Source of the DNA: Pseudomonadota bacterium
GTDB lineage: Bacteria; Campylobacterota; Campylobacteria; Campylobacterales; Sulfurimonadaceae
Reading direction: 5' to 3'
Assembly: GCA_043797085.1 (NCBI GenBank)
Contig: JAZDQA010000008.1
Coordinates: 138,814 to 202,813 of the forward strand
Length of the DNA: 64,000 nucleotides
How positions within the stretch are numbered: position 1 is the first letter of the stretch; each line of letters begins with the position of its first letter. Shown here in pieces: positions 10,631 to 22,669 of this stretch. Below the pieces are notes generated by a model. That model saw only the letters and a program-made list of their open reading frames with translations, searched no databases and had not been told where the DNA came from. The position numbers and the translations under genes were made by a program.

Positions 10631-13600
10631 ATGATACGTATGAAAAGAACAACATTGGCCTCGATATTAACTAAAAATGTAACCACACTTTCCATTGATG
10701 TCACGGTATCGTATGCCATGGAAGTGATGACTCTTGGTAACCTCAGTTCTTTAATTATTGTTGATGCTGATAATAGACCGATAGGAATTTTCACTGAACG
10801 AGACAGTTTAAAAGTAATTTCAGGAAAAATAGCCTTAGACTCTCATTTAGGTGATGCGATGAGCCAGGGGGTTTATACAGTACATCGGGATGATGAGATC
10901 CATGACACCTACGCCATTATGTCTGACAAAGGTTTTCGGCATTTGGTTATCGTAGATGATGAAGGAAGGCTAGAAGGAGTAGCGACCCAAGGCGATTTCC
11001 TTCGTCATATCGGTTTTGACAATATGACGTATAGCAAAAATATTACGACAGTAATGACCAAATCGGTTGTGATGCTGAATCGTGATTCAACTATCACCTA
11101 TGCAGCTTCTTTGATGGCAGAGCATCATAGTGACTATGCTGTCATTACGGAGGGTACGATTCCGGTTGGTCTTATTACTGAACGGGATATTTTGCAGTAT
11201 GCTTCAGCTAAAAATGAATTCGGTGATGATCCGATTTGGAGTGTCTATCAGAGTGATTTTCCTGTGTGCACAGAAGAGACATCTTTGTCTGAAGCGGCTT
11301 CACTTATGGAGCATCATGGTGTTCATCAACTGATTATTGCGGATGATGATGGGAATCTCGTCGGATTATTGACGCGTTATGATCTTTTACAGGCATTGCA
11401 TGGGAGTTATTTTGAGTTTTTGATTCGCCAAGTTGATAGCAAAAGTACAGCTTTGACTGAACTCAAAGATGTATATGCTAAGCTGGTACAAGACCAAGAT
11501 GATTTGAGCAAAAGTGAAGAAAAATTCCGAACGTTATTTGACATGCTTCCTGATGGGGTTGTGCTTGTAGATCCTATTACCCATCAAACCGTTGATTTTA
11601 ACAGTGTTGCTGCACAGCAATTGGGTTATACGGCAGATGAGTTTTTAGAGATCAATATAAGTGATTATGAAACGATTGAAACAAAAGAAGAAACAAATGC
11701 ACATGTTCAAGCGATTCTTCATGATGGACAACATGAATTTGATACGGTTCACCGTCGAAAAAATGGATCATTGATGGACGTTCGTGTGACTGTTTCTGGA
11801 GTGACTATTCGAGAAAATCCCTATCTTTTAGCCTATTATCGTGATATTACAGATAAAAAAAGACAAGCGATTCGTTTACAAGCACAGTTAGATCTTTTAG
11901 GGATAATAGCTACAAATATACCGATGCAGGAATTGCTTGAAACGATCTCATTATTTGTTGAAAAGCAATGTAATGGAATCAAGTGCTCGATTTTATTGGC
12001 TGACGATAAAACACAGACGCTTCAAAATGGTGCGGCACCGAGTATTCCTTTATCGTATACAAATTCAATTATTGGAGTGCCTATAGCGCAAGGAAATGGT
12101 TCTTGCGGAACTGCGTGTGCGACTAGATTGCCCGTTGTTGTGAGTGACGTCTTAACTGATCCTCTTTGGCATCAGTATCTTTCGTTGATTAAACCGTATT
12201 CATGGCTTCGTGCATGCTGGTCAACACCATTTTTTGATCAAGACAAAAATTTACTTGGTACATTTGCCCTTTATGCCGATACCCAGAGAAATCCTGATGC
12301 CAATGAACAAGAACTAATGACGTATTCCGCGTCACTTGCGGGTATGGTAGTAGAACGCTTTTCACGGCAGGAAGCATACGCTCAGCAAGCCGTATTTTTA
12401 CATACACTGATCAATACAATTCCCGATTTAGTCTGGGTGAAAGATATGGCAGGAGTATATCTCGCGTGTAATGAGATGTTTGAACGTCTTTATAATGCCA
12501 AAGAGCTAGAGATTATAGGTAAAACAGATTTTGATTTTGTAGATTCTGAGCTTGCGCAATTTTTTCAAGATCATGATCGAGCAGCCATAGCAGCAGGGGG
12601 ATCAAAAACCAATGAAGAATTTTTAAAATTTGCCGATGGAAGCTATGAAGGGTTGTTTGATACGATCAAAACACCCATGAAAGATGCAGAGGGTACTATT
12701 ATCGGAGTACTTGGAATTGCCCGTGATATTACCGATCGAAAACGTTATGAAGAGCGACTCGAGACGTTGGCAAACTATGATACATTGACAGGCTTAGCAA
12801 ATCGTGCATTATTCTCTTCACATCTGCAAAGCTCGATTGAAAAAGCTAAGCGTCACAAAACTCAAATTGCTGTATTAATGTTTGATTTAGACCGCTTTAA
12901 AGATGTTAATGACAGCTTCGGGCATGCAGCAGGAGATGAGCTGCTTCAGCAAGTAGCACAGCGGTTTGATGTGAGATTACGCGATGGAGATATTATCAGC
13001 CGTTTGGGCGGAGATGAGTTTGCTATTGTCTTGGAACATCTTAATCGTCCAGAAGATGCGGGTAGGATCGCAAAAGAAATGATCGATGCACAAAATGCTC
13101 CCTATAAACTGATCGGCGGCGCACTAGTGCATATCGGGATGAGTGCCGGGATTGTTCTTTTTCCTGATCATGGAGAGAGTGCTTCTGAGTTACTTCAGCA
13201 TGCTGATGCAGCTTTGTATAAAGCGAAAGGGGAGGGGCGAGGTATCTATCGCTACTATACCGATGAATTAACCGATTCCGCACGTCAACGGATTGAATAT
13301 GAAACCTGTTTGCGTCGAGCAGTTACGAATAATGAATTTGAGGTGTATTATCAGCCACAGGTTCATATCGCAACCGGAAAGATTGTTGGTGCTGAAGCGT
13401 TGGTACGCTGGAATGATCCTGAGAAAGGGATAATCTATCCTAGTCTGTTTATTCCTATCGCTGAGGATACGGGTCTGATTGGTGCAATCGGTGAATGGGT
13501 ACTAAACGAGACGTGCCGACAGGGAAAAATTTGGCTGGACGGCGGGCATCGACTGACGCTTGCGGTCAATCTCTCTGCGCATCAAGTACGTCACCAGAAT

Positions 13601-14047
13601 ATTCCGGCAATGGTTGAATCAGCTCTTAAAAAGTCAGGATATCCGGCAGATAAGCTCGAGCTCGAACTCACAGAAAGCGCTCTTATGCAAAGGGAAGAGG
13701 AGACGGTGGCAATGCTTCATATGCTTCGTGCACAGGGGATACGACTTGCCATTGATGACTTCGGTACTGGATATTCGTCACTCTCCTATCTGAAACGGTT
13801 TCCGATTGATGTATTAAAAATTGATAAAAGTTTTGTGGATGATCTTCCGTTTGATGCAGATGATATGGCGATTGTTACGGCCATTATCGCTATGGGGACA
13901 GCACTTGGTTTTCAGATTTTAGCGGAGGGAACAGAGCGTATCGAGCAGATTGAATTCTTAAAAGAGCGTGGATGTACAATGTATCAAGGGTATTATAAAA
14001 GTCCGCCACTACCTGCAAAAGAGTTTTTTGAACTGTTATGCAAATAG
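10631..14047 (+). CDS. CBS-CBS-PAS-GAF-PAS-GGDEF-EAL c-di-GMP enzyme
   Basis: Repeated CBS motifs (GIFTERD, GLITERD), PAS (ARDITDRK), GAF (GSCGTA, CWSTP), RLGGDEF, EALVRW, IDDFGTGYSSL. Confidence 0.92.
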   Translation: MIRMKRTTLASILTKNVTTLSIDVTVSYAMEVMTLGNLSSLIIVDADNRPIGIFTERDSLKVISGKIALDSHLGDAMSQGVYTVHRDDEIHDTYAIMSDKGFRHLVIVDDEGRLEGVATQGDFLRHIGFDNMTYSKNITTVMTKSVVMLNRDSTITYAASLMAEHHSDYAVITEGTIPVGLITERDILQYASAKNEFGDDPIWSVYQSDFPVCTEETSLSEAASLMEHHGVHQLIIADDDGNLVGLLTRYDLLQALHGSYFEFLIRQVDSKSTALTELKDVYAKLVQDQDDLSKSEEKFRTLFDMLPDGVVLVDPITHQTVDFNSVAAQQLGYTADEFLEINISDYETIETKEETNAHVQAILHDGQHEFDTVHRRKNGSLMDVRVTVSGVTIRENPYLLAYYRDITDKKRQAIRLQAQLDLLGIIATNIPMQELLETISLFVEKQCNGIKCSILLADDKTQTLQNGAAPSIPLSYTNSIIGVPIAQGNGSCGTACATRLPVVVSDVLTDPLWHQYLSLIKPYSWLRACWSTPFFDQDKNLLGTFALYADTQRNPDANEQELMTYSASLAGMVVERFSRQEAYAQQAVFLHTLINTIPDLVWVKDMAGVYLACNEMFERLYNAKELEIIGKTDFDFVDSELAQFFQDHDRAAIAAGGSKTNEEFLKFADGSYEGLFDTIKTPMKDAEGTIIGVLGIARDITDRKRYEERLETLANYDTLTGLANRALFSSHLQSSIEKAKRHKTQIAVLMFDLDRFKDVNDSFGHAAGDELLQQVAQRFDVRLRDGDIISRLGGDEFAIVLEHLNRPEDAGRIAKEMIDAQNAPYKLIGGALVHIGMSAGIVLFPDHGESASELLQHADAALYKAKGEGRGIYRYYTDELTDSARQRIEYETCLRRAVTNNEFEVYYQPQVHIATGKIVGAEALVRWNDPEKGIIYPSLFIPIAEDTGLIGAIGEWVLNETCRQGKIWLDGGHRLTLAVNLSAHQVRHQNIPAMVESALKKSGYPADKLELELTESALMQREEETVAMLHMLRAQGIRLAIDDFGTGYSSLSYLKRFPIDVLKIDKSFVDDLPFDADDMAIVTAIIAMGTALGFQILAEGTERIEQIEFLKERGCTMYQGYYKSPPLPAKEFFELLCK

Positions 14048-14067
14048 GAAGCTCTTCTTTGTATGAA

Positions 14068-15261
<1,194 letters not shown>

Positions 15262-15287
15262 TCATGTGTCGTTATTATAAGGACTAA

Positions 15288-15303
15288 TGCAAGATTTGTT
15301 CGA
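15288..15303 (-). promoter_or_regulatory. Putative sigma54 (-24/-12)-type promoter of nifS
   Basis: Minus strand tCGAACaaatcTTGCA, 10 nt between the CG and GC dinucleotides. Confidence 0.55.
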
Positions 15304-15317
15304 GAAGGAAGGTCACT

Positions 15318-17225
15318 CTACTTGATCCACTCCGAGTGTGAACGCCAAGTAGCTAACCAATCAGGTAACTCATGCGCTGGCATTGGGCGAGCGATGGCGT
15401 AGCCTTGTGCACATTCACATCCCATTTTTAATAACAGTTCTCCGTGCGCTATGGTTTCTACCCCCTCAGCGATTATATTCAAATGAAATGCATCAGCAAG
15501 GCTGATAATCCCTGATAAGATTGCAAGATCATTGGGATTATTAAACATATCGCGAATAAAGCTTTGATCAATCTTTATCGTGGCGATGGGTAACTGCTGG
15601 AGATACGTGAGAGAGGAATAACCGGTACCAAAATCATCAAGCGAAAATAATACTTCGAACTCTCTGCACGATTGTATGATTTTAGAGATTCGGCTCATGT
15701 CTTCTAGCTTACTGGTTTCCAACACTTCCAGTTCTAAATGAGCAGGGTTTATGTCCGGATGTAATGCTAAAATCTCCTGCAAACGGTTGACGAAATTATC
15801 TTCTTGAAGCTGTCGGGCACTAATATTAACGCTTACGTGAACATCGACTCCCTCGTGATGCCAAAGTTCCATTTGGGTTAAGGCAGCATTGATAACCCAC
15901 TCTCCTAGATCAATTGAGAGTGGATGATCTTCGATCATAGGTAAAAAGTGGGCTGGTTGTAAGAGACCGTTTTGGGGATGTTGCCATCGAATCAGCGCCT
16001 CTACTCCAATAACGACACCTGTTTTCATATTGACTTTTGGCTGATAATAGAGGAGAAATTCAGATAATTGCATTGCTTTATGCATATTTTCTATAAATTC
16101 ATATCTTTCTCGAAGAAGTGTATCTTGCTGTGTATCAAAAACATGATAGCGATTTCTGCCGGCTAATTTGGCTTGATACATTGCTTGATCTGCTTGTCGC
16201 AAGAGTAAATCTGTATCTATTTTTTGAGCTTGCGGGTAAAAAGTGACCCCAAGACTTGCAGTGATTTGTAATAATAGATTATCGACATTTAATGGCTTGG
16301 AAGTTGCCTCTAAAAGACGGATAATCATAGGAATAGCATCTTCGATAGTATTCAAATCAAGTAAAAGTATAACGAACTCATCTCCACCTATTCGAGCGAT
16401 GGTATCCCCCTCTCGAAGGGTTTGTTTCATTTGATTAGAGAGGGTAATGAGGACATGATCTCCTACTTCATGACCATGAGTATCATTGACTTCTTTAAAT
16501 CCATCCAAGTCGAGATAAACAACGGCCAAAGGGAGTCCATGACGTTGGGACTGAGCCATCCCTTGACTGAGGCGATCGGATAGCAGTACACGATTGGGAA
16601 GATTGGTCAGTGCATCGTATTGGGCAATTCGGTTTAATTCATTTTCGTATATCTTTTTTTCGGTAATATCGCTCATTACTAAGCGAACGACGGAAATGTC
16701 ATCACTGTTTTTTGTAACAGTCGTCACTAGATGTGCCCAAAAAGGGGGATTTTCTTCACGAAGCAAACGTAATTCAAAAGAGAATTTTTCATCCGATTTA
16801 AAGAATTTTTTGCGGTACAGATAGTAGTTGTTTTGATCTTCTTTGTGGACAAATTCAGACATGAGCCGTCCAACTAGCTTACTTCGACTAATCCCAAACA
16901 GTACAGCAGCGGTTAAGTTGGCTTCTAAAATTAATCCCGTCTCAGAAAGAGTACAATAGCCTACAGGCGCCAGGTCATAGAGATCAAAATAACGCTCACG
17001 TTGGGCATCAAGCTCTATTTGCGTTTGACGTAATTCCTCGTTTTGCATTTCCAATTCGATTTGATGAACACGTAATTCATGCAGTATACGACCGATTTCT
17101 TCGGGCAACATTTTTTCTAAGTTTTCTCGTGACTCATCCATGTTTTCGCGAGCGATTCTTTCGGCTTGCAAACGTAAGTTTTTTGGTAGGATGTCTACGT
17201 CTTTAAAGTTTCCATCCATAATCAT
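15318..17225 (-). CDS. PAS-GGDEF-EAL protein
   Basis: ELRVHQIELEMQNEEL coiled coil, PAS, RIGGDEF, EALIRW, LDDFGTGYSS. Confidence 0.92.
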   Translation of the reverse strand: MIMDGNFKDVDILPKNLRLQAERIARENMDESRENLEKMLPEEIGRILHELRVHQIELEMQNEELRQTQIELDAQRERYFDLYDLAPVGYCTLSETGLILEANLTAAVLFGISRSKLVGRLMSEFVHKEDQNNYYLYRKKFFKSDEKFSFELRLLREENPPFWAHLVTTVTKNSDDISVVRLVMSDITEKKIYENELNRIAQYDALTNLPNRVLLSDRLSQGMAQSQRHGLPLAVVYLDLDGFKEVNDTHGHEVGDHVLITLSNQMKQTLREGDTIARIGGDEFVILLLDLNTIEDAIPMIIRLLEATSKPLNVDNLLLQITASLGVTFYPQAQKIDTDLLLRQADQAMYQAKLAGRNRYHVFDTQQDTLLRERYEFIENMHKAMQLSEFLLYYQPKVNMKTGVVIGVEALIRWQHPQNGLLQPAHFLPMIEDHPLSIDLGEWVINAALTQMELWHHEGVDVHVSVNISARQLQEDNFVNRLQEILALHPDINPAHLELEVLETSKLEDMSRISKIIQSCREFEVLFSLDDFGTGYSSLTYLQQLPIATIKIDQSFIRDMFNNPNDLAILSGIISLADAFHLNIIAEGVETIAHGELLLKMGCECAQGYAIARPMPAHELPDWLATWRSHSEWIK

Positions 17226-20200
17226 GAGTCTACTCTCTTCATATTGATTTTTGATTCAATCATCCGTTCCGTGGTGGCTACTGCATAGATATTACCGCTT
17301 TCGTTTACTAAAGCAGTAGCCGTCAACCAGACTTCTACTATTTGAGCGTCTTTTCTCATTCGTTGCGTAAATAATGGCTCCAAAATTTCAGCTTGGCTCA
17401 ACTGATGTACTCGCACTAGCGCTTCTTCTTGGAGAGCTTTTGGTATGCGGTCGCATACATTCATTTTTAGCGCTTCCTCTTCACTCCAACCATACATTTT
17501 CACGGCTCCGGGATTCCAGGCAAGAATCGTACCATCCAAGCTTTGAACGGTAATGGCATCATGCGCATCACGTACAACTACGGCTAAACGGAGTAACTCA
17601 TTGACTTTGAGCTGTGCTTCTGCTGCTTCTTTGCGAGCCGTATTGTCTGTACCGATGAGTAAGTAGCCGATAATCTTCTCTTTATCGTCACGTAAAGCCG
17701 TCACAGAAACGACTGCGGGGAAGCGACTGCCATCTTTACGAACATACGTAAGCTCATAAATATCCTCGATCTCACGGGAAGCTTTAAACACCAATGCTTC
17801 AAAGCCCGGGGCTATGGGTGTGTTGAATTCCAAACTTAAACTTTCAGCCCTCTGGATGATTTCTGTCGGATCAGAAATATCCGCCGGTGTGATTTTGTTC
17901 ATCACCTCCGTGGCGGCATAGCCTAACATTTTCTCTGCACCAACGTTGAAAATTTGAATAACTCCCTTTTTATCGGTAGCAATACTGGAGAAATTAGTAC
18001 TGTTAAAAATAGCTCTTTGAAGCGTTCCTGCTTTATAGAGTGCGGCTTCGGCTTCTTTACGGGCGGTATTGTCTATAAAAGTAATGACAGCACCCTCTAT
18101 GACGTTGTCAATCGTTCGGTAGGGGAGGATACGCATCGTGTACCATTTACCAATCACGGTTTGGACATCCAACTCTTTTGGCATCAAGGTATCCAGCACC
18201 GCCTGCACATCATCCACTAGGTTACTATAGCCGATTAAGTTGGAACCAATATGAGAGACAGGTCTTCCTTCATCGCCGGATATAAGGTTGATTATCATTT
18301 TAGCTTCAGGAGTGAAACGGAGAATACGCAGTTGGTGATCCACAAAAACCGTACCAACCCCCGTACCCGCGAGTAAATTGTTCATATCATTATTGGCAAG
18401 GGATAAATCAGAGACTTTGGTTTGCAGTTCGATATTAACGGTCGCCAACTCTTCATTCGCGGATTGCAACTCTTCTTTCGACGTTTCAAGCTCTTCATTG
18501 GTCGATTGTAACTCTTCGTTTATGGATTGCATCTCTTCGTTTGAGGATTTCAGCTTTTCATTGGAGCTTTCCATCTCTTCATTGGCAATTTGAAGATATT
18601 CTTCTTTCGCCCACAACTCTTTTTTCAATAGCTCAATACTAAAATGCTCTTCTTGATTTGATCCATCTTCTTGTGATAATGCTTGGAGGGCCTTTTTTTG
18701 AGCTCTTTGTACCTCTATAATCGGTACTTCTTCAAGAATAATCAAGTACAAAGGCGACTCAGGTGTTACCGTAGGATCGACAGAAACCACTACGGGGCGG
18801 ATGGTGAGATTGATGGTATTGAAATGGCCATTAACATTGATGCTCAAACTAGAGTAGCGAACAATCTCTTTTGAGGAGACGGCTTTATGCAAAGCAATCG
18901 TCAAATCACGCTGTAAGCCTTCACGTGCCATTTTTAGAATATTAATACGGCTGGTTTCACCCACAGGTAATTCCAGATACATTCCCATACGCCCATAAAG
19001 ATAGAGAATGTCACCTTTTATAGTTACAAGTGCTCCTGCGGGTGCAATTTGCTGTAAGAGTGCCTGTTCGGTTAGCTCGCGAAGGGGTAGTTTTCGCTCA
19101 GAGGGCTTTCCTGCTGGCTGAGAAATGACCGTGCGAATGGTGCTTATAGAGGGAAGGAGCTGTTTTATATTAGTCCGTTTTACTCCATAGAGCTGTTCTT
19201 TTCGTTGGTAAATTTTTGCTTTTCGATCCATTACCGAAAATAGGTCGGTAAAATCGCCGATGCATTCGGAGGTGCCTAAAAAAAGGATACCATTGGAATT
19301 AAGTGCATAATGAAATAATGGAAAAAGTTTTTTTTGCAACTCTGACCCCATATAAATGAGAAGATTGCGGCAGGAAATGAGGTCCAGCCTAGAGAAGGGA
19401 GGATCTTTAATAATATTATGCTCTGAAAAAATCAGCATATCACGAATATTTTTATGGATTCGATACATACTGCCATCGGGCTCAGCTGTAAAAAAACGTC
19501 CCAGTCGTTCTGCTGTAACATCAGTTGAAATACTGGATGAAAATAGCCCTGTACGGGCTTTTGCTATTGCTTGAGCATCGATGTCCGTAGCAAAGATCTG
19601 AACCACATGGTGCAATTTCATGGCTTCCATATACTCTGACAAAAGTATTGCTATGGAGTACGCTTCTTCGCCCGTAGAACATCCCGTCGACCAAATTCGA
19701 ATGACACTTCCTTCGGGTTTAGCGATAAAAAGTTTGGGAATGATATATTCTTCAAGTAGCTTAAATGCTTCTGGGTCACGGAAAAAATTGGTGACACCAA
19801 TTAACAAGTCACGAAACAATGCTACTATCTCGGTCGGTGTATTTTGTAAATATTTAACGTATTTGCCTATCTCATCAATTTGGTGAACCACCATGCGTCG
19901 TTCAATACGACGATAAATGGTACTAGGCTTATAGAGAGAAAAATCATGACTAGTTTGGGCACGAAGAAGGATAAAAATTTTCTTGAGCGAATTTTCATAC
20001 TGTAATGTTGGAGAGGTGGGAGTGCGTGGCAGAGTTCCAAACGCATGGGTCACATAGTCTATCAGTTTGAGGGGCATTTCAGAGGGCGTAAGCTCGTAAT
20101 CCACAAGTCCTGTTGCAATGGCACTGCTAGGCATTCCATCGTACTCAGCAGAATTGAGGCTTTGAGCCATCACCATTCCACCTTCTGCCTTAATGGCTTG

Positions 20201-20695
20201 TATTCCTAATGTTCCATCACTGCCAGTACCGGTCAAGATGATAGCGATAGCTTTTTGTGCCTGATCTTGTGCCAAAGAACGAAAAAAGTAATTAATGGGT
20301 AAACGATGACCATGCAGTTCAGTAGGCTCAAAAAGTTGCAGGATTCCATTTAAAATAGCCATATCCTGACCTGGTGGAATGACATAAACACAGTTGGGCT
20401 GTACCGCCATACCATCTTCAACTTCGAAAACTTTCATACTGGTATAGTGGCTGATGAGTTCTGTCAGGATACTTTTATGCTCGGGAGAAAGATGCTGAAC
20501 GAGCACATACGCCATTTCAGAATCAACATTAGCGGGCAAACCTGAAAAGAAAGCCTCAAAAGCCGCTAAACCTCCAGCGGAAGCACCTATGCCTACAATG
20601 GGAAAATTTAATTGGGTATCAGTATCGTAAGGTTCAATGGTATTTTTGGTTTCAGAGAATTGGTCTGGTTGAGCATTCTCCGTTATTACTGTCAT
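17222..20695 (-). CDS. CheB-CheR-coiled coil-PAS fusion protein
   Basis: GASAGG/VQH/GTGSDG CheB triad, IGVTNFFRD, GCSTGEEAYS, ISCRNLLIY CheR motifs, SNEELQS heptads, C-terminal PAS domains. Confidence 0.92.
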   Translation of the reverse strand: MTVITENAQPDQFSETKNTIEPYDTDTQLNFPIVGIGASAGGLAAFEAFFSGLPANVDSEMAYVLVQHLSPEHKSILTELISHYTSMKVFEVEDGMAVQPNCVYVIPPGQDMAILNGILQLFEPTELHGHRLPINYFFRSLAQDQAQKAIAIILTGTGSDGTLGIQAIKAEGGMVMAQSLNSAEYDGMPSSAIATGLVDYELTPSEMPLKLIDYVTHAFGTLPRTPTSPTLQYENSLKKIFILLRAQTSHDFSLYKPSTIYRRIERRMVVHQIDEIGKYVKYLQNTPTEIVALFRDLLIGVTNFFRDPEAFKLLEEYIIPKLFIAKPEGSVIRIWSTGCSTGEEAYSIAILLSEYMEAMKLHHVVQIFATDIDAQAIAKARTGLFSSSISTDVTAERLGRFFTAEPDGSMYRIHKNIRDMLIFSEHNIIKDPPFSRLDLISCRNLLIYMGSELQKKLFPLFHYALNSNGILFLGTSECIGDFTDLFSVMDRKAKIYQRKEQLYGVKRTNIKQLLPSISTIRTVISQPAGKPSERKLPLRELTEQALLQQIAPAGALVTIKGDILYLYGRMGMYLELPVGETSRINILKMAREGLQRDLTIALHKAVSSKEIVRYSSLSINVNGHFNTINLTIRPVVVSVDPTVTPESPLYLIILEEVPIIEVQRAQKKALQALSQEDGSNQEEHFSIELLKKELWAKEEYLQIANEEMESSNEKLKSSNEEMQSINEELQSTNEELETSKEELQSANEELATVNIELQTKVSDLSLANNDMNNLLAGTGVGTVFVDHQLRILRFTPEAKMIINLISGDEGRPVSHIGSNLIGYSNLVDDVQAVLDTLMPKELDVQTVIGKWYTMRILPYRTIDNVIEGAVITFIDNTARKEAEAALYKAGTLQRAIFNSTNFSSIATDKKGVIQIFNVGAEKMLGYAATEVMNKITPADISDPTEIIQRAESLSLEFNTPIAPGFEALVFKASREIEDIYELTYVRKDGSRFPAVVSVTALRDDKEKIIGYLLIGTDNTARKEAAEAQLKVNELLRLAVVVRDAHDAITVQSLDGTILAWNPGAVKMYGWSEEEALKMNVCDRIPKALQEEALVRVHQLSQAEILEPLFTQRMRKDAQIVEVWLTATALVNESGNIYAVATTERMIESKINMKRVDS

Positions 20696-20845
20696 AGGTA
20701 TTTCCCTGTTGTATAAACTTATTACTTATTGATCATAATAAGCTTATACATATTAACTGGCTACCCTTAAGATTGAGCGTAATTGTATACTTTGACAGAC
20801 AAAGCATACAAAAGAGTGAATTCTCTACGGTGATGATACAGAAGC

Positions 20846-22060
20846 TTACGCCTGTACGCTCTCTTCTTTATAAACATAGATAGGTTCGTTACTCGAATCT
20901 TCGATCACCGCTTCGGTGATGGTGAGGCTTTGTAGATTCTTTTTTGACGGACAGCTAAATTGCAACGGCAACATTGCTTCTTCGATAATACTGCGTAATC
21001 CGCGTGCTCCGACACCACGATCGATTGCTTTTTGGGCAACGGCATCGAGGGCTTTGGCTTCAAAGTTCAGCTCGATACCGTCCATATCAAACAGCGCTTG
21101 AAACTGTTTGATGAGGGCATTATCCGGTTCTTGGAGAATCTGAACCATTTGCTCTTTGGTTAGCTCGGTTAGCTGTGCAACGACGGGAATACGTCCGATA
21201 AACTCAGGGATGATTCCATAGTGAACGAGCGCTTTGGCATCAATCTTTTTAGGTTTAACGACGGTTTCGGCAGTGCTTTTGCTAAATCCGACTTTATTCG
21301 ATTTTTTAGTATGGGTATCGGGTACAAGTCCTACGAACGCACCTCCACAGACGAAGAGGACGTGGGTGGTGTTAAACAATACCGTTTCAGTGGTGGAATT
21401 TTTACGGCTCCCTTTGACGGGGACGTAGACTTCTGCCCCTTCTAGGATTTTGAGTAAGCCTTGTTGTACACCTTCACCTGAAACATCACGTCCCATGGTA
21501 GAAGATTCCGATTTACGGGCGATTTTATCAATCTCGTCGATGTAGATGATCCCGCGCTGAGCCAATTCGATGTCATAGTTTGCTGCCGCAAGCAAACGAG
21601 AGAGGATACTCTCAACGTCTTCTCCTACGTAGCCAGCTTCGGTGAGTGCGGTCGCATCGGCAACGGCAAACGGAACTTGCATGATTTTCGAGAGCGATTT
21701 GGCGAGCAATGTTTTACCGCTACCCGTTGGACCTACGAGCATAATGTTGGATTTTTCGAGTTCTACGTTGTTGTAGATCGGGTTTTCAATCCGTTTGTAA
21801 TGGTTGTAGAGAGCAACGGCAAGGACTTTTTTCGCATCGACTTGACCGATGATGTATTTGTCCAAAAACTCAACGATTTTTTCAGGAGTAGGGAGCTGTT
21901 GCTGCATAGCAGAGCGTTGCTCGTACCGTACCTCTTTTTGCAAAATTGCAGAACAGGTGGTGATACACTCATTACAAATATGGGTTGTCTCCGAGGAGAA
22001 CATTTTTTTTACTTCGCTCTGTTTACGACCACAAAATGAGCAGGTTTTTTCAGTATTCAT
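20846..22060 (-). CDS. clpX: ATP-dependent Clp protease ATPase ClpX (nif-associated paralogue)
   Basis: CSFC...CNEC zinc finger, [37 protein letters not shown] loop, GARGLR. Confidence 0.93.
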   Translation of the reverse strand: MNTEKTCSFCGRKQSEVKKMFSSETTHICNECITTCSAILQKEVRYEQRSAMQQQLPTPEKIVEFLDKYIIGQVDAKKVLAVALYNHYKRIENPIYNNVELEKSNIMLVGPTGSGKTLLAKSLSKIMQVPFAVADATALTEAGYVGEDVESILSRLLAAANYDIELAQRGIIYIDEIDKIARKSESSTMGRDVSGEGVQQGLLKILEGAEVYVPVKGSRKNSTTETVLFNTTHVLFVCGGAFVGLVPDTHTKKSNKVGFSKSTAETVVKPKKIDAKALVHYGIIPEFIGRIPVVAQLTELTKEQMVQILQEPDNALIKQFQALFDMDGIELNFEAKALDAVAQKAIDRGVGARGLRSIIEEAMLPLQFSCPSKKNLQSLTITEAVIEDSSNEPIYVYKEESVQA

Positions 22061-22063
22061 CAC

Positions 22064-22657
22064 TCAATCCTTCGCACTGAATTTAGTCAAAATTGTATCC
22101 GCTAATCCAAACTCGATCGCTTCATGGGCTTCCATGTAGTTGTCACGGTCGGACTCTTTTTCGATGATTTTGGCACTTTTACCGGTTGCCTCGGCTAAGA
22201 TGGCATACAAACGACGTTTGAGATTGAGGATATGTTTCGTATGAATCTCGATGTCGCTCGCCTGACCCGAATACCCGCCCAGTGGTTGATGAATCATCAC
22301 TTCGGCATTAGGGAGCATATAACGATGCCCTTTTTCCCCGCAGGTAAACAGTACCGCCGCCATTGATGCAACCATTCCCATGGCGTAGGTATGCACGGGG
22401 GCATTGATTAAGTTCATAGTATCTAATATGGCTAATCCGCTCATCACTGAACCACCCGGTGAACTGATGTAAACATGAATCGGCTCTTCGGAATCCATAG
22501 CTTCCAAATAAAGCAGTTGAGAGACGACAATCCCCATCATGTGATCATCAATCGCTTCAGTGATAACGATGACACGATCGCCTAAAAGTTTGGAAAACAA
22601 ATCGAAATATCGCTCTCCGCGAGGCGAAACATCTTTAACAGTTGGTAAATATGGCAT
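22064..22657 (-). CDS. clpP: ATP-dependent Clp protease proteolytic subunit ClpP
   Basis: ISSPGG, ASM (Ser), MIHQP (His), RDNYM (Asp). Confidence 0.93.
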   Translation of the reverse strand: MPYLPTVKDVSPRGERYFDLFSKLLGDRVIVITEAIDDHMMGIVVSQLLYLEAMDSEEPIHVYISSPGGSVMSGLAILDTMNLINAPVHTYAMGMVASMAAVLFTCGEKGHRYMLPNAEVMIHQPLGGYSGQASDIEIHTKHILNLKRRLYAILAEATGKSAKIIEKESDRDNYMEAHEAIEFGLADTILTKFSAKD

Positions 22658-22669
22658 CTTAAGCTCCTT

